The position numbers were made by a program, and so were the translations under genes. This document shows, in pieces, positions 1 to 9,190 of a stretch of 20,000 nt of DNA; the stretch's first letter is position 1, and the number at the start of each line of letters is the position of its first letter. The DNA is from an uncultured virus (IMG/VR IMGVR_UViG_3300021426_000069) (taxonomy: Duplodnaviria > Heunggongvirae > Uroviricota > Caudoviricetes). The stretch is from the IMG/VR virus record IMGVR_UViG_3300021426_000069. One strand, written 5' to 3'. A model generated the notes under the pieces. It was not told the DNA's origin. It saw only the letters and a list, made by a program, of their open reading frames with translations, and did no database searches.

Positions 1-4
1 ACAT
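1..4 (-). CDS. Start of the next gene of the structural operon (runs off the window; possibly major tail protein by position)
   Basis: ATG at 4..2 preceded by AAAGGAGGA on the - strand; only one codon visible; product inferred from synteny only. Confidence 0.4.
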
Positions 5-31
5 ATCCTCCTTTAATTTTTTCTAAAGTTT

Positions 32-778
32 TTAAGACATTGGATGAACATCTTTCATCCAGTCTTCTGGATCCTTCATATCCTTAGCTCCAGCCATTTT
101 TGCCTGAAGATAAATTTCATAGTCTTGTTTTAAATGATATCTCTCGATTTGATCGAATAACTGGTATGGAGTATAGTTAAGGATATTTATTAAATCCTGT
201 TGTAATCCAATAGACAATACAGATGCATATCTACTATAAATATCTACTTTTGTAGACTCTTTATCTAATTCTGCAAGTTTTTCATGTCGTTTTCTTAATC
301 TTTCTGCAATTTTTTTTGCTAACTGCCCACTAGGGTTAAAATCGGATTCTTGTTCTCCAGACCCAAAACTAAACATTTGCTTAATAATACTTTGAAATTC
401 ATCAAAATTTTCTTTATTTATAAATGTTTTTTCTTCAGTTCCTTCTTTTTTAAATGCAATACTATCTTTTTCTAAGGATATTGCATAAGAAGGAAATAGT
501 AAGGCTAGAACCATAAAAACGCAACTCCTATTTTTTTGCATTACCGCATTACGCTCTCTTAGTATTGCTATTAATATATCAAAATTGCTTATGACATCTA
601 AATTAACTTTGTCCTTTTCGGGTAAGAAGTTTTTAGAAACATTAAGCAACTGATAACCATTTAAAAAATTTTCTTCTCCAACATAACCTATTTCTTTTAA
701 TGTTGGATTATGAATTGTTAAATTTGCTTTAACAAAAGGTATATCATTACCAGACAATAATAATAAACTATCTAACAT
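32..778 (-). CDS. Phage hypothetical protein in the neck/tail region (248 aa)
   Basis: Long ORF whose start overlaps the upstream stop (TAATG coupling); lies downstream of head-neck genes; function not recognised. Confidence 0.6.
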   Translation of the reverse strand: MLDSLLLLSGNDIPFVKANLTIHNPTLKEIGYVGEENFLNGYQLLNVSKNFLPEKDKVNLDVISNFDILIAILRERNAVMQKNRSCVFMVLALLFPSYAISLEKDSIAFKKEGTEEKTFINKENFDEFQSIIKQMFSFGSGEQESDFNPSGQLAKKIAERLRKRHEKLAELDKESTKVDIYSRYASVLSIGLQQDLINILNYTPYQLFDQIERYHLKQDYEIYLQAKMAGAKDMKDPEDWMKDVHPMS

Positions 779-1362
779 TAGTCTTCTCTAGGAAGTTTAT
801 CATCGTTACCGTGTACTGCTCTATAAGATAAAGTGTATCCACCTAAATCTTCATTTAACACTATTTCATTACATCCTAAAAAATTAAAAGTCCCTATTCC
901 AGACAACTTTGCTTCATTTAATATTCCATCTATATAACCAGCTATTTTTAAAGGTCTAATACGATAATTTCCTAAATCCCAATAATCTACATGACAAATA
1001 ATATCAAAATTAATAGTACAATCTCGATAATAAGGATTATTAGTTTTATTTAAAGAGAAATTATCACAAGACATAATAATATATGCTTTTACCTCTTCAT
1101 GTTCTGACATAGCAATCTTTGGTTCAAGCTTTATATACCCTTCCTGTCTTAACTTAGCTAATGTCATACCTTCTAACTTTTCTTTTATTGCGGGACTGTC
1201 TTCGTTATCTAAACAATCCTTAGTGTTTATAACTAACAATCTTTTTAATATATCACTATAAGGATGACTTTCTACAAAAAGTTTTCTCAATATAGTTTCT
1301 ATATCTTTTTCAAAAGATAAAAATGAAGAATCAAATTTATTTGTATATACGTCTCTTTTCAT
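778..1362 (-). CDS. Putative tail-completion/terminator-type virion protein (194 aa)
   Basis: AAGGAG RBS; size, position after head-closure gene and beta-rich 'CTINFDIICH...GYTLSY' pattern; function is inference. Confidence 0.5.
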   Translation of the reverse strand: MKRDVYTNKFDSSFLSFEKDIETILRKLFVESHPYSDILKRLLVINTKDCLDNEDSPAIKEKLEGMTLAKLRQEGYIKLEPKIAMSEHEEVKAYIIMSCDNFSLNKTNNPYYRDCTINFDIICHVDYWDLGNYRIRPLKIAGYIDGILNEAKLSGIGTFNFLGCNEIVLNEDLGGYTLSYRAVHGNDDKLPRED

Positions 1363-1383
1363 TTTTATACACTCCTTTTATCT

Positions 1384-2352
1384 CTATAAAGAACCTATTG
1401 TAATTGGTAATACAATATCTTCCTTGTCCAATCTTTTATATTTTAATGTAAATGAACCACTTTTTCCGGTAACAATACCCAATTTTATATGTTCTGCATC
1501 TTGAGATGCAATTTCAAAACCTGAACCTTCTGCAACGAATTCGCCACCTGCCGCATTTTTAATGTAATAAATAACAACGTCATATGGATAAACAGTATCA
1601 GGTCCTTTTATATATGGTTGAGTTAAATCAACATATGTATCAACTTTTTCTTTTTCAACTGCCTTTTCAACACTATTTTCATAAGTTTCTTTTAAGGCTA
1701 CTATAATAATACCATCTTGACTCATTGAGTCAACAGCTTGAACTTCCCAAGGTCTTTTATTTATTTCAACCTTTGTAAATCTATGGAAAAATTCTTCGGT
1801 ATTTTTATCTTTTGTAATATACATTGTAAGAGAATAGTTTAAATCATTCCATTCAATCTTTTTTACTTTATTCCAAATAATAGCTGATTCATCTGGACCG
1901 CCAATGTATACTTTATATTTTTTATCATTAACCTCAATTTCGTAATCACATTTTCTGATTTCCGCCCTAAAATAAGCTGTTTCTTCATATCTTCTTAAGT
2001 ATACTAACCAATCAGTATTATTTTCTTTCCATGTGAATACATCTCCGGGCTTCATACCAATTTCTTCTTCACCTTTTGAAGTTTTTTGAAATTTTTTACT
2101 CTCCTTAAGCTCAGGATTAAGCTGTATGTCAAAAAATGGAATAGAAATGATTTTCTCATCATATCTTGTTTTTAATTTATCAGGATTTATTAAACATCTA
2201 AATTCTCTACCATCAGTTAATCGTGCGGTTGCTGCTTGGTAAGAATATAAAAGAGCCTTTTTTAATGTACGTAGTTTATCTACATTCATTCTAGACTCTT
2301 GTTCTTTTCCGCCGTTATAATTAATTCTTTCTTTCATTGTTTCTAAACTCAT
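1384..2352 (-). CDS. Putative head-closure/head-tail joining protein (322 aa)
   Basis: GAGGAGG RBS; beta-rich 'KPGDVFTW...WLV' segment; position in the neck cluster; inference. Confidence 0.5.
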   Translation of the reverse strand: MSLETMKERINYNGGKEQESRMNVDKLRTLKKALLYSYQAATARLTDGREFRCLINPDKLKTRYDEKIISIPFFDIQLNPELKESKKFQKTSKGEEEIGMKPGDVFTWKENNTDWLVYLRRYEETAYFRAEIRKCDYEIEVNDKKYKVYIGGPDESAIIWNKVKKIEWNDLNYSLTMYITKDKNTEEFFHRFTKVEINKRPWEVQAVDSMSQDGIIIVALKETYENSVEKAVEKEKVDTYVDLTQPYIKGPDTVYPYDVVIYYIKNAAGGEFVAEGSGFEIASQDAEHIKLGIVTGKSGSFTLKYKRLDKEDIVLPITIGSL

Positions 2353-2355
2353 ATC

Positions 2356-2676
2356 TTATTCCTCCTCTATACTATCTTTTAAGACTTGTATTAGATTAAG
2401 ACATTCAAATATAGTTCTTCTATATTGAAAGAAATCATCTTCTCCTGTTAGACTATGCAAACCTTCGAGTTTACATAATAGCGGAAATATGTTTTCTTGC
2501 TGTTTTGGCATTAATCGACTCATTCCCGCAAACTCTTCTACTATTGTGCTTAATGGAGTTTGCCAATCTATATTTTCTTCTCTATTAGGTAATAACTTAT
2601 ATATTTGATTTGTTAATCTTTTTAAATTATAGGCTATTGCTTCGTTTTTTATTTCAATATTATTCGATAAAATCAC
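2356..2676 (-). CDS. Hypothetical protein (~106 aa)
   Basis: ORF track gives 2724, but GGAGGT lies 8 nt upstream of GTG at 2676, which reduces the overlap with the upstream gene. Confidence 0.65.
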   Translation of the reverse strand: MILSNNIEIKNEAIAYNLKRLTNQIYKLLPNREENIDWQTPLSTIVEEFAGMSRLMPKQQENIFPLLCKLEGLHSLTGEDDFFQYRRTIFECLNLIQVLKDSIEEE

Positions 2677-3220
2677 GAGTACTAACCTCCATAATAGATC
2701 CAAATGTAGAACGCATAATGCCATTTTCGTCTTTTAATCTTCTCTTATATAATCTTTGTAAATGAAATCCTTCTCTTTCATAGTCACTCTTTAAGTTTAA
2801 TAACTTACTCATGTGATTAGCTTGTGAAGTAAATTTGAAATCAGAACCGCTATATTTCATTCTTGTGTTTTCAACACTAGCTAATTGTTGACCTAACCAT
2901 TCTACTATCATATAAGTTGATAAGATATTTATTTCTTCTGGAGTTAATACACTATTAAAGCAACCGCCGCCATAAATAAGTGCTTTAGCGCAGCAATTAT
3001 CACTTTCAACTCCACAATATGTACCTTCATCCTCTACATAACTTTCCTCAAAATCAGTAATATCAAAACGTGGAAATTCAAATTTATGTGTAGCTGTTAT
3101 TAACAACTCTTGTAACATTCTGAATGTATCTAATTCGTTTAATTCCATATACATATCATCAGTTATCTTTGATAGAAAGCTATCGTAGATCATAGAAAAA
3201 GGTGTAGTAGTTTTTTCCAT
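2660..3220 (-). CDS. Putative head-tail adaptor/connector protein (186 aa)
   Basis: CGGAGGTG RBS; largely helical sequence, second gene after the capsid gene; inference from synteny. Confidence 0.55.
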   Translation of the reverse strand: MEKTTTPFSMIYDSFLSKITDDMYMELNELDTFRMLQELLITATHKFEFPRFDITDFEESYVEDEGTYCGVESDNCCAKALIYGGGCFNSVLTPEEINILSTYMIVEWLGQQLASVENTRMKYSGSDFKFTSQANHMSKLLNLKSDYEREGFHLQRLYKRRLKDENGIMRSTFGSIMEVSTRDFIE

Positions 3221-3240
3221 AATACACCTCCGAAATTTTC

Positions 3241-3813
3241 TTATTTAACTACATTGTATCTACTTGTAGTAGTTCTTCTAGTTTTTGTATCACTGTCATC
3301 TTTTATTGATGCAGCTCTTCTCTTTGATTTTGTTTCAGTCTCATCAGAGTCGCCTTCTACACTAGCTTCATTTGCATTAATTGCATTTGTAACATTAAAT
3401 CCTGTTGCCGCAAGTAATGCTTTTCTCTTTGCCATATCATTTAATTTCATTTCAACAGATAATTTCTTTAATAAATTAATTGTTCCTCTTGGTGCAAAAT
3501 CTAAACAATCTTCAAATTGTTCTAATGAACCTTCAGTAATTAATTTTTTAATATCTTCTTCAGTATAATAATATTCAGGTTCAACTTCACCTATTAATTC
3601 TTCTACTGCTTCTTTATTATCTATAATTAATAAATTCTTTAATATGCTAAGTCCGCCAGGTAAATAAGATAGCTTTCTTAATTCTCCCATAGTAACTTCT
3701 TTTGTTTCTCCAGGTTGAAAAGTTCTGTGTAAGTTTCCTAAATCTGGGATTGTATATCCAACGCTTCCATTATCTCTGTTTGATACCTTTAATATAGTTT
3801 TATCTTCTAACAT
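3241..3813 (-). CDS. Phage hypothetical protein following the major capsid gene (190 aa)
   Basis: AAGGAGAG RBS; charged low-complexity C-terminal tail. Confidence 0.65.
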   Translation of the reverse strand: MLEDKTILKVSNRDNGSVGYTIPDLGNLHRTFQPGETKEVTMGELRKLSYLPGGLSILKNLLIIDNKEAVEELIGEVEPEYYYTEEDIKKLITEGSLEQFEDCLDFAPRGTINLLKKLSVEMKLNDMAKRKALLAATGFNVTNAINANEASVEGDSDETETKSKRRAASIKDDSDTKTRRTTTSRYNVVK

Positions 3814-3842
3814 ACTTTCTCTCCTTTTCTCTCCTATATACT

Positions 3843-3903
3843 AAAAAAACGGGAGAAGACCTTTAATTGATATAGTCTTCCTTATATATCATAGTCTTCT
3901 CCC
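3843..3903 (-). terminator. Intrinsic terminator after the major capsid gene
   Basis: - strand GGGAGAAGAC-N33-GTCTTCTCCC followed by G and T7. Confidence 0.7.
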
Positions 3904-3928
3904 TAATTTCTATCTTCCTAATTTAAAA

Positions 3929-4960
3929 TTAGATTGATGGTGTTAAAGCTTCATTTACGTAAACACAAATGTTGTTAGTAACTAAAGTAGCAACACCTAA
4001 TTTTTTGTAAACTTGAACTTCTCTTGAACGATCTTTGTTAACGTATTCATCAACAATAGTATTTCCTTCAAAAGCAATTTTAACAGGCTTATCTGCTCCT
4101 ACTGGAATGATATAAGCATAAGATGGGTCAATAACTTTTTTAGTGTTAGTTTCATCAACGAATGATTGATCTAATACGATTACGTTATGTCCTTTGTAGT
4201 TTGCTAAATATCCATTATTCCATTTTTGATTTCTCATATCATCAGAAACCCATCCGTTTTCAGGAACCATAGTTGCAGCAAATTCATAAGTACAATAAAT
4301 TGTAGATTTTCCATATGAGTCTGCGATAGAAATTAAGTTATCCATTGCAGTTTCATTGAATCCAGTTTCAGATGCTTTGTTAGTATCTTGTAAACTATCA
4401 ATTGTTGCTCTTAATGCTTTTTCGATTTCGATGTAGATAGCTTCATCTAAACCTTCCATAATAACGTCTAATACGTCTGCGAAATCAACTCTACCATCTA
4501 AGAATTCTTCGAATCCGATTTGAGCTGCTCCACCGAATGCTTCAGTAGGTACTTCTAATGTTTTTCCATCTAATTTGAATACTTCATAGATACCTGCTAA
4601 ACCAACTTTAGTAACAAATCTTTTAGCTCTTCTTTTAGCACTTGCAGTAATTCTTTGAGTGAAAATAGGTTTGTCACCTTGAGCATAAGTTTTGATTTCA
4701 GCAAATGATGCATATTGTTCCATAACTTTTTTAGGTAATACATCATCGATTGTTTCTTCAATTATACTGAAGATTGTGTTTTTATTTTCTCTGTATAAGC
4801 TATATGTACCAGCTAATTCTCTTAATTCAGTTCTTAAAGTTTCATTTAAATCTGCATAACTGAATTTTTCTTCTCCAAATGAATAAGCAACTTGAGAAGT
4901 AGGATTTGCGCTAGCAACTGTTTTAGCTAATTTTACTAATTCACTTTTATTTAATGCCAT
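3929..4960 (-). CDS. Major capsid protein (probably HK97 fold; 343 aa)
   Basis: GAGAGGAGG RBS; biased codon use (TTC, AAC, ATC, GCT) typical of high expression; position after scaffold and decoration genes; followed by a terminator. Confidence 0.85.
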   Translation of the reverse strand: MALNKSELVKLAKTVASANPTSQVAYSFGEEKFSYADLNETLRTELRELAGTYSLYRENKNTIFSIIEETIDDVLPKKVMEQYASFAEIKTYAQGDKPIFTQRITASAKRRAKRFVTKVGLAGIYEVFKLDGKTLEVPTEAFGGAAQIGFEEFLDGRVDFADVLDVIMEGLDEAIYIEIEKALRATIDSLQDTNKASETGFNETAMDNLISIADSYGKSTIYCTYEFAATMVPENGWVSDDMRNQKWNNGYLANYKGHNVIVLDQSFVDETNTKKVIDPSYAYIIPVGADKPVKIAFEGNTIVDEYVNKDRSREVQVYKKLGVATLVTNNICVYVNEALTPSI

Positions 4961-4979
4961 TCTTATTTCCTCCTCTCAA

Positions 4980-5474
4980 TTATTTAACCCTCATGATTTT
5001 GATAGCTGGTTGTCCATCTGCTAAAGTATAAACCATAGCAACTTCCCAACACATGTCGTCATCTAAGCTTCCACCTGTAGTTAAGATTCCTTCATCATTA
5101 ACTTTTAATAAAGCTCCTTCTTCATATTCTTTTGTGCTATCAACCATGTTAGTGGTATAAATATCTCCTATATTAGTTTTAAATACTCTTGGTACGATTT
5201 CACCATTTACGCATTCTTCTTTTTTCATTGCGAAGTCTCTGTACATTTGTTTTCTATCATCATATAGTTTGATTTCATTGAAAACTAACATCCATTCACC
5301 TTTACCAGTTAAGTTAACTTCTTTATTAGCATAGTCATATTTTACGAATTGACCATTTTCTAATACTTCAATTTTATCTTCACATGGTAATTGAGCATAG
5401 ATTTGTGCAGTTCTTTGAGCTGATAAATGATTTGGTTCAACTTGTCCGTAACCAATTCTTTCAATTTTTGCCAT
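4980..5474 (-). CDS. Putative capsid decoration/cement protein (164 aa)
   Basis: AAGGAGG RBS; small beta-rich protein between scaffold and MCP ('LENGQFVKYD' pattern). Confidence 0.6.
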   Translation of the reverse strand: MAKIERIGYGQVEPNHLSAQRTAQIYAQLPCEDKIEVLENGQFVKYDYANKEVNLTGKGEWMLVFNEIKLYDDRKQMYRDFAMKKEECVNGEIVPRVFKTNIGDIYTTNMVDSTKEYEEGALLKVNDEGILTTGGSLDDDMCWEVAMVYTLADGQPAIKIMRVK

Positions 5475-5492
5475 TGTCTTTCCTCCTTAATA

Positions 5493-6227
5493 TTATTTTC
5501 TACTATCTCTAGTATTCTTTAGTGCAGCGATCCACGCTGGTGTAGAACTACCTTCGTTATCATTTACTGTGTAAGTCATAACGTCTTTGTCTACTTCTTC
5601 TTCTTCTTTAGAAGTGTCCTCTAAATCAAAATTTACTTTCTTTCTTACGCAAATAACAGAAAGTTTAGATTCGATTTCATCTAATGAATAATTTGATTTA
5701 TTCTCGATAACATCTGCCTTATCTTCGTCAGACAACATATAGAAACTATTGATTAAAGCATCTTTCTTTTCATCATCGATTTGTTTTTTAAACTCAACAA
5801 GAACTTGATATTTTTGTTCAAGATCTGTGTAAGCTGCTTTAGTTTCTGCTAATTCAGACTCTAATAAAGCATAAGATTTTTTCTTATCTTTTTCGTCTTC
5901 ATCATCCTCAGATTCAGAATCTTCATCTTCAGCATCTGCGTCTTTAGATTCTTCTTCTTCGTCTTTATCTTTGTCATCTGCTTTAGTAAAGTTTTCTTGA
6001 CTAGATTGATCTTCTATAGAATTATCATTTTCTGCTAAAACAGATTGATCTTCTGTGTCCTTATCTTCTGAACTTTCTTCAGTTTCAACAGTAGATTCTT
6101 CTTCAGTTGCAACTTCAGTTTCTTCAGCGATTTCAGTTTCAGTAGATGTTTCTTCAGCAGTAGCTTCAGCTTCAGTTTCAACAACTTCAGGTTCTGTTAC
6201 TTTTGTTTCAGCTTCATCTATAATCAT
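5493..6227 (-). CDS. Probable nested in-frame scaffold protein from an internal start (244 aa)
   Basis: AGGAGG (6240-6235) lies 7 nt before the in-frame ATG at 6227 (Met236), at the protease/acidic-domain boundary. Confidence 0.55.
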   Translation of the reverse strand: MIIDEAETKVTEPEVVETEAEATAEETSTETEIAEETEVATEEESTVETEESSEDKDTEDQSVLAENDNSIEDQSSQENFTKADDKDKDEEEESKDADAEDEDSESEDDEDEKDKKKSYALLESELAETKAAYTDLEQKYQVLVEFKKQIDDEKKDALINSFYMLSDEDKADVIENKSNYSLDEIESKLSVICVRKKVNFDLEDTSKEEEEVDKDVMTYTVNDNEGSSTPAWIAALKNTRDSRK

Positions 6228-6932
6228 CTTTTGTCCTCCTTCTAATGCAAATTTTAGATCTTGCATCATAGTGTACAATGTTTTCTTAAAATTATCATCT
6301 ATTTTTGTGAATGAAGTACTTACTTCTGGTGCGGTAATGCTTGAGCCCTCGAAGCAAGGTTCTACATCGTCACCTAAAATACATAATTTCGAAAATATCG
6401 CATCATTTATAATGAAAAAATCCATGCCTGATTTACTATCAGTTGACCAGTGTCCATCTAAAGTTTCTTCATCTAATTCCATTGATTGAGGTTTACCTTT
6501 ATCAATGACAGATTTTACTTCTTCAAATTGACCTGTCCATAAATAACCAGTAGTCATTAAATACTCTCTAGTTACTATATTACCAAACTCATCAGTATCT
6601 TCAAATTTTTGGAACCAAACTTTTGCGTCTGGTGCGACAAATCCATAAGGTTTTGTCATGCATTCAAATTTGACACCTTCATCATCGAAGATAATTTTTT
6701 CACCGTGGTCTGCAAAATCTTCTTTCTCTTCTTTGTAGTATCCAACAATTGGAGCTCCTCTTAGAGTCTTCGCCATCTCAGTAGCTACGTCTTTGGTTAT
6801 ATAACTATGATTTCTGTTTTGACCAAGATATAATACCTTGATTTCACAGCTACTCATTAGCGGATTAATTTCTAGCGGTTGTAAATTAATAAACTCAGGA
6901 GAATCAATTGTCGCAATTGATTGATGCATCAT
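5493..6932 (-). CDS. Prohead protease/scaffold protein (479 aa)
   Basis: N-terminal domain with 'GQNRNHSYI', 'QSMEL' and 'LCILGDDVEPCF' typical of phage prohead proteases; long acidic linker and coiled-coil C-terminus; lies between portal and capsid genes. Confidence 0.75.
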   Translation of the reverse strand: MMHQSIATIDSPEFINLQPLEINPLMSSCEIKVLYLGQNRNHSYITKDVATEMAKTLRGAPIVGYYKEEKEDFADHGEKIIFDDEGVKFECMTKPYGFVAPDAKVWFQKFEDTDEFGNIVTREYLMTTGYLWTGQFEEVKSVIDKGKPQSMELDEETLDGHWSTDSKSGMDFFIINDAIFSKLCILGDDVEPCFEGSSITAPEVSTSFTKIDDNFKKTLYTMMQDLKFALEGGQKMIIDEAETKVTEPEVVETEAEATAEETSTETEIAEETEVATEEESTVETEESSEDKDTEDQSVLAENDNSIEDQSSQENFTKADDKDKDEEEESKDADAEDEDSESEDDEDEKDKKKSYALLESELAETKAAYTDLEQKYQVLVEFKKQIDDEKKDALINSFYMLSDEDKADVIENKSNYSLDEIESKLSVICVRKKVNFDLEDTSKEEEEVDKDVMTYTVNDNEGSSTPAWIAALKNTRDSRK

Positions 6933-6972
6933 ATATCATCTTTCCTTTCTTAATAATTTTCTTCCACTTATA

Positions 6973-7014
6973 ATAATATAAAATAACGTGGTTTCTTATT
7001 ATTAGTTTTTGTCC
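6973..7014 (-). promoter_or_regulatory. Candidate phage-specific late promoter, copy 1
   Basis: GGACAA-N25-TTTTATATTAT upstream of the protease/scaffold gene; same motif and spacing at 9135-9176; no TTGACA-17-TATAAT here. Confidence 0.5.
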
Positions 7015-7020
7015 TATTTT

Positions 7021-8631
7021 CTAATTCTGACTTTCTTTATTTTGGATAGTTTTATCCGAAACAGTCTCTCCTTGAGACTCTTTAGTAGGTCTACCGCCTT
7101 CAGGATTTTCTCCTTCTCCGCCTATAGACTTTTTAGCCTCCTTATTTCCTGTCATAGCAAGAGCTTCTGCATTCATTGTACTAGACATTAATGGTGGGAT
7201 AAATACGTTAATTAAATCTAAGACATCATTTTCCCAATAAGCATTTGCTAAGATAGAACTTTGAGATTGTCCTAATGCAATTTGAGGTAACATTTTACTG
7301 AAACCTACTTGCATTTGTTCTTTATATAATTTAGCCATTTCTTTGTAATTATAAATAGTTGTTGTTAATATTTGACATCTATAATAGAATTTCTTAGGTT
7401 GTTTATTAAACTTGTCAATTATAACATTTAAGAATTGCTCAAATTGTGTAATTAAATTATATAAAGATGCTTCATCGTTTAATATAGATTTTTCAAGAGC
7501 AATATTTCCATCAGTATTAAACTGCATTTGAGATACACCTGCTTCATTATAAACAGTTCTTTCAACTCTCTCTAAATCGTCTCTTGACGCACTAGACCTG
7601 TCGCTATCCATATCTTCAACATCAACATCTGCAAATGTAGTTAATACATCTACACCAATAGCCTTACTTAACATATTAACTGCATTATTATGTAATTGTG
7701 CGGCTTCATCGACGTCAAATACTAGGTCTCCATTCTTATCTAATGGCATCTTTTGAATTATGATTTTTAATAATTCCTGAGCCATTTTTTTACGGTCTAG
7801 TTCTTTTGCCTCGTCTAAATCTATAATTGCTGGAATTACAGAAATGAAGGCTGGAAAATCTTCCCCATTAATATTGAATTTAAAAGCAAACTCTGGATCA
7901 AGTAAATACCAACCGCTTGTATCTCCTGCGAATTGAGGTGGTAATTTACCTTCTTTATACATAATGTAACCTTTTTTAAATTCTTTTGGGAATAAATTTA
8001 ACATTTTAATTTTTTGAGTTGTATCTCTAAAATAGTCATCAAAAAACTTCATATTAAATTCTATTGCTGGACGATTATTAACCATAAATCTAGAACGACA
8101 ATAATTAGCAGGTAGCTCTTGAACATTCATTCTTTTTACTCCAGGAATTAAATATCCATAATAACATCCATATCTAATAACCTTTAAAGCAACTTCTCCA
8201 AAGAATTTTTTTACTTCAAAATTATCAAGATATAATAATACATCATAAAATTTATCCAATACTTTATCTTCTGTTTTTGCATCTTCCGCATTTATATATG
8301 GGGTAACCATCCAATCATATCTATATAGATATGCCATATAACGACAAAGTCTTGAATATATACCACTCGTTTTATAAAAGAAATTTGATACATCTCTTAA
8401 TTTAGCATAATCACAAGTGTGCATAGCTCTTAATATTTCTTTTTTATCTGCTAATGTTTTATCTATTCTCTTTAGATCTCCTAAGGTATAAATTGCATCG
8501 TCTAAAGTTTTTGCGCCAACTTTAATTTTTGAAAAGTCAACGTTTTCAAAAGGACTTTGAGTTGCTCTGGTGTCACTCGCAAGAGCGATAGAGAAACCTT
8601 TTTTCTTAATTTCTTCTTTTCTATTTATCAA
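7021..8631 (-). CDS. Portal protein (~536 aa)
   Basis: Size, position after terminase, C-terminal 'EGGRPTKE' tail typical of portals. Start moved to TTG at 8631 (AAGGTG RBS) because the ATG at 8676 falls inside the predicted promoter. Confidence 0.8.
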   Translation of the reverse strand: MINRKEEIKKKGFSIALASDTRATQSPFENVDFSKIKVGAKTLDDAIYTLGDLKRIDKTLADKKEILRAMHTCDYAKLRDVSNFFYKTSGIYSRLCRYMAYLYRYDWMVTPYINAEDAKTEDKVLDKFYDVLLYLDNFEVKKFFGEVALKVIRYGCYYGYLIPGVKRMNVQELPANYCRSRFMVNNRPAIEFNMKFFDDYFRDTTQKIKMLNLFPKEFKKGYIMYKEGKLPPQFAGDTSGWYLLDPEFAFKFNINGEDFPAFISVIPAIIDLDEAKELDRKKMAQELLKIIIQKMPLDKNGDLVFDVDEAAQLHNNAVNMLSKAIGVDVLTTFADVDVEDMDSDRSSASRDDLERVERTVYNEAGVSQMQFNTDGNIALEKSILNDEASLYNLITQFEQFLNVIIDKFNKQPKKFYYRCQILTTTIYNYKEMAKLYKEQMQVGFSKMLPQIALGQSQSSILANAYWENDVLDLINVFIPPLMSSTMNAEALAMTGNKEAKKSIGGEGENPEGGRPTKESQGETVSDKTIQNKESQN

Positions 8632-8666
8632 AATCGACACCTTACCTTTCTTCCTTTTTCTTTTAT

Positions 8667-8695
8667 AGTATATCATAAATATTGAATCTTGTCAA
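8667..8695 (-). promoter_or_regulatory. sigma-A type promoter for the portal gene
   Basis: TTGACA(8695-8690)-17 nt-TATACT(8672-8667) with extended TGn. Confidence 0.7.
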
Positions 8696-8700
8696 GTTTA

Positions 8701-9069
8701 TTAGTAACCGCCCAGTTCATAATAAGCATTCATAATATAATCATATGTAATTCGACCTTCGTCTGTATAAGGTATTGCTATAAGAATTATATTATGTTTT
8801 CTACAATATTCACGCTTTCTCATATCATTTAACTGTTGTTTACGTAAACCTGTATAACCACCAAATTTACTTTTTGCTTGATAGTGTTGAATACCTTGAT
8901 ATTCTATTAAGAACTCAAGTTCTCCTTCATCATCAAATATCGCAAAATCAAACCTTAGTGGATGACCAGTTGAGCTTAGCAAATCAGGGAATGAATACTC
9001 CTCTTGAAAAGGAATTCCTGCTTGTTGTAATATTTCTTCTATTTTTATTTCACCACGACTTGCACGCAT
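8701..9069 (-). CDS. Stand-alone PD-(D/E)xK / Vsr-like (DUF559/DUF2726-type) endonuclease (122 aa)
   Basis: Motifs 'SRGE..I', 'LRFDFAI', 'LIEYQGIQHY' and 'NDMRKREYC..HNIILIAIPY'; GAGGAGG RBS. Confidence 0.75.
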   Translation of the reverse strand: MRASRGEIKIEEILQQAGIPFQEEYSFPDLLSSTGHPLRFDFAIFDDEGELEFLIEYQGIQHYQAKSKFGGYTGLRKQQLNDMRKREYCRKHNIILIAIPYTDEGRITYDYIMNAYYELGGY

Positions 9070-9134
9070 ATTTTCGCCTCCTCTATAAAGATATGACGAT
9101 ATACCAAAAAATATTTCCTTGAAATATTTCTAAT

Positions 9135-9176
9135 ATAATATTAAATTCTTCATGGTTGGATAAGCTAAAGTTGCCC
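9135..9176 (-). promoter_or_regulatory. Candidate phage-specific late promoter, copy 2
   Basis: GGGCAA-N25-TTTAATATTAT upstream of the nuclease gene. Confidence 0.5.
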
Positions 9177-9190
9177 AATAAGAAGCAACT

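Noticed and set aside
5870..6210. Quasi-repetitive TTCTTC/TTCAG-rich DNA
   Set aside because: Explained by the Glu/Asp/Thr-rich linker of the scaffold protein
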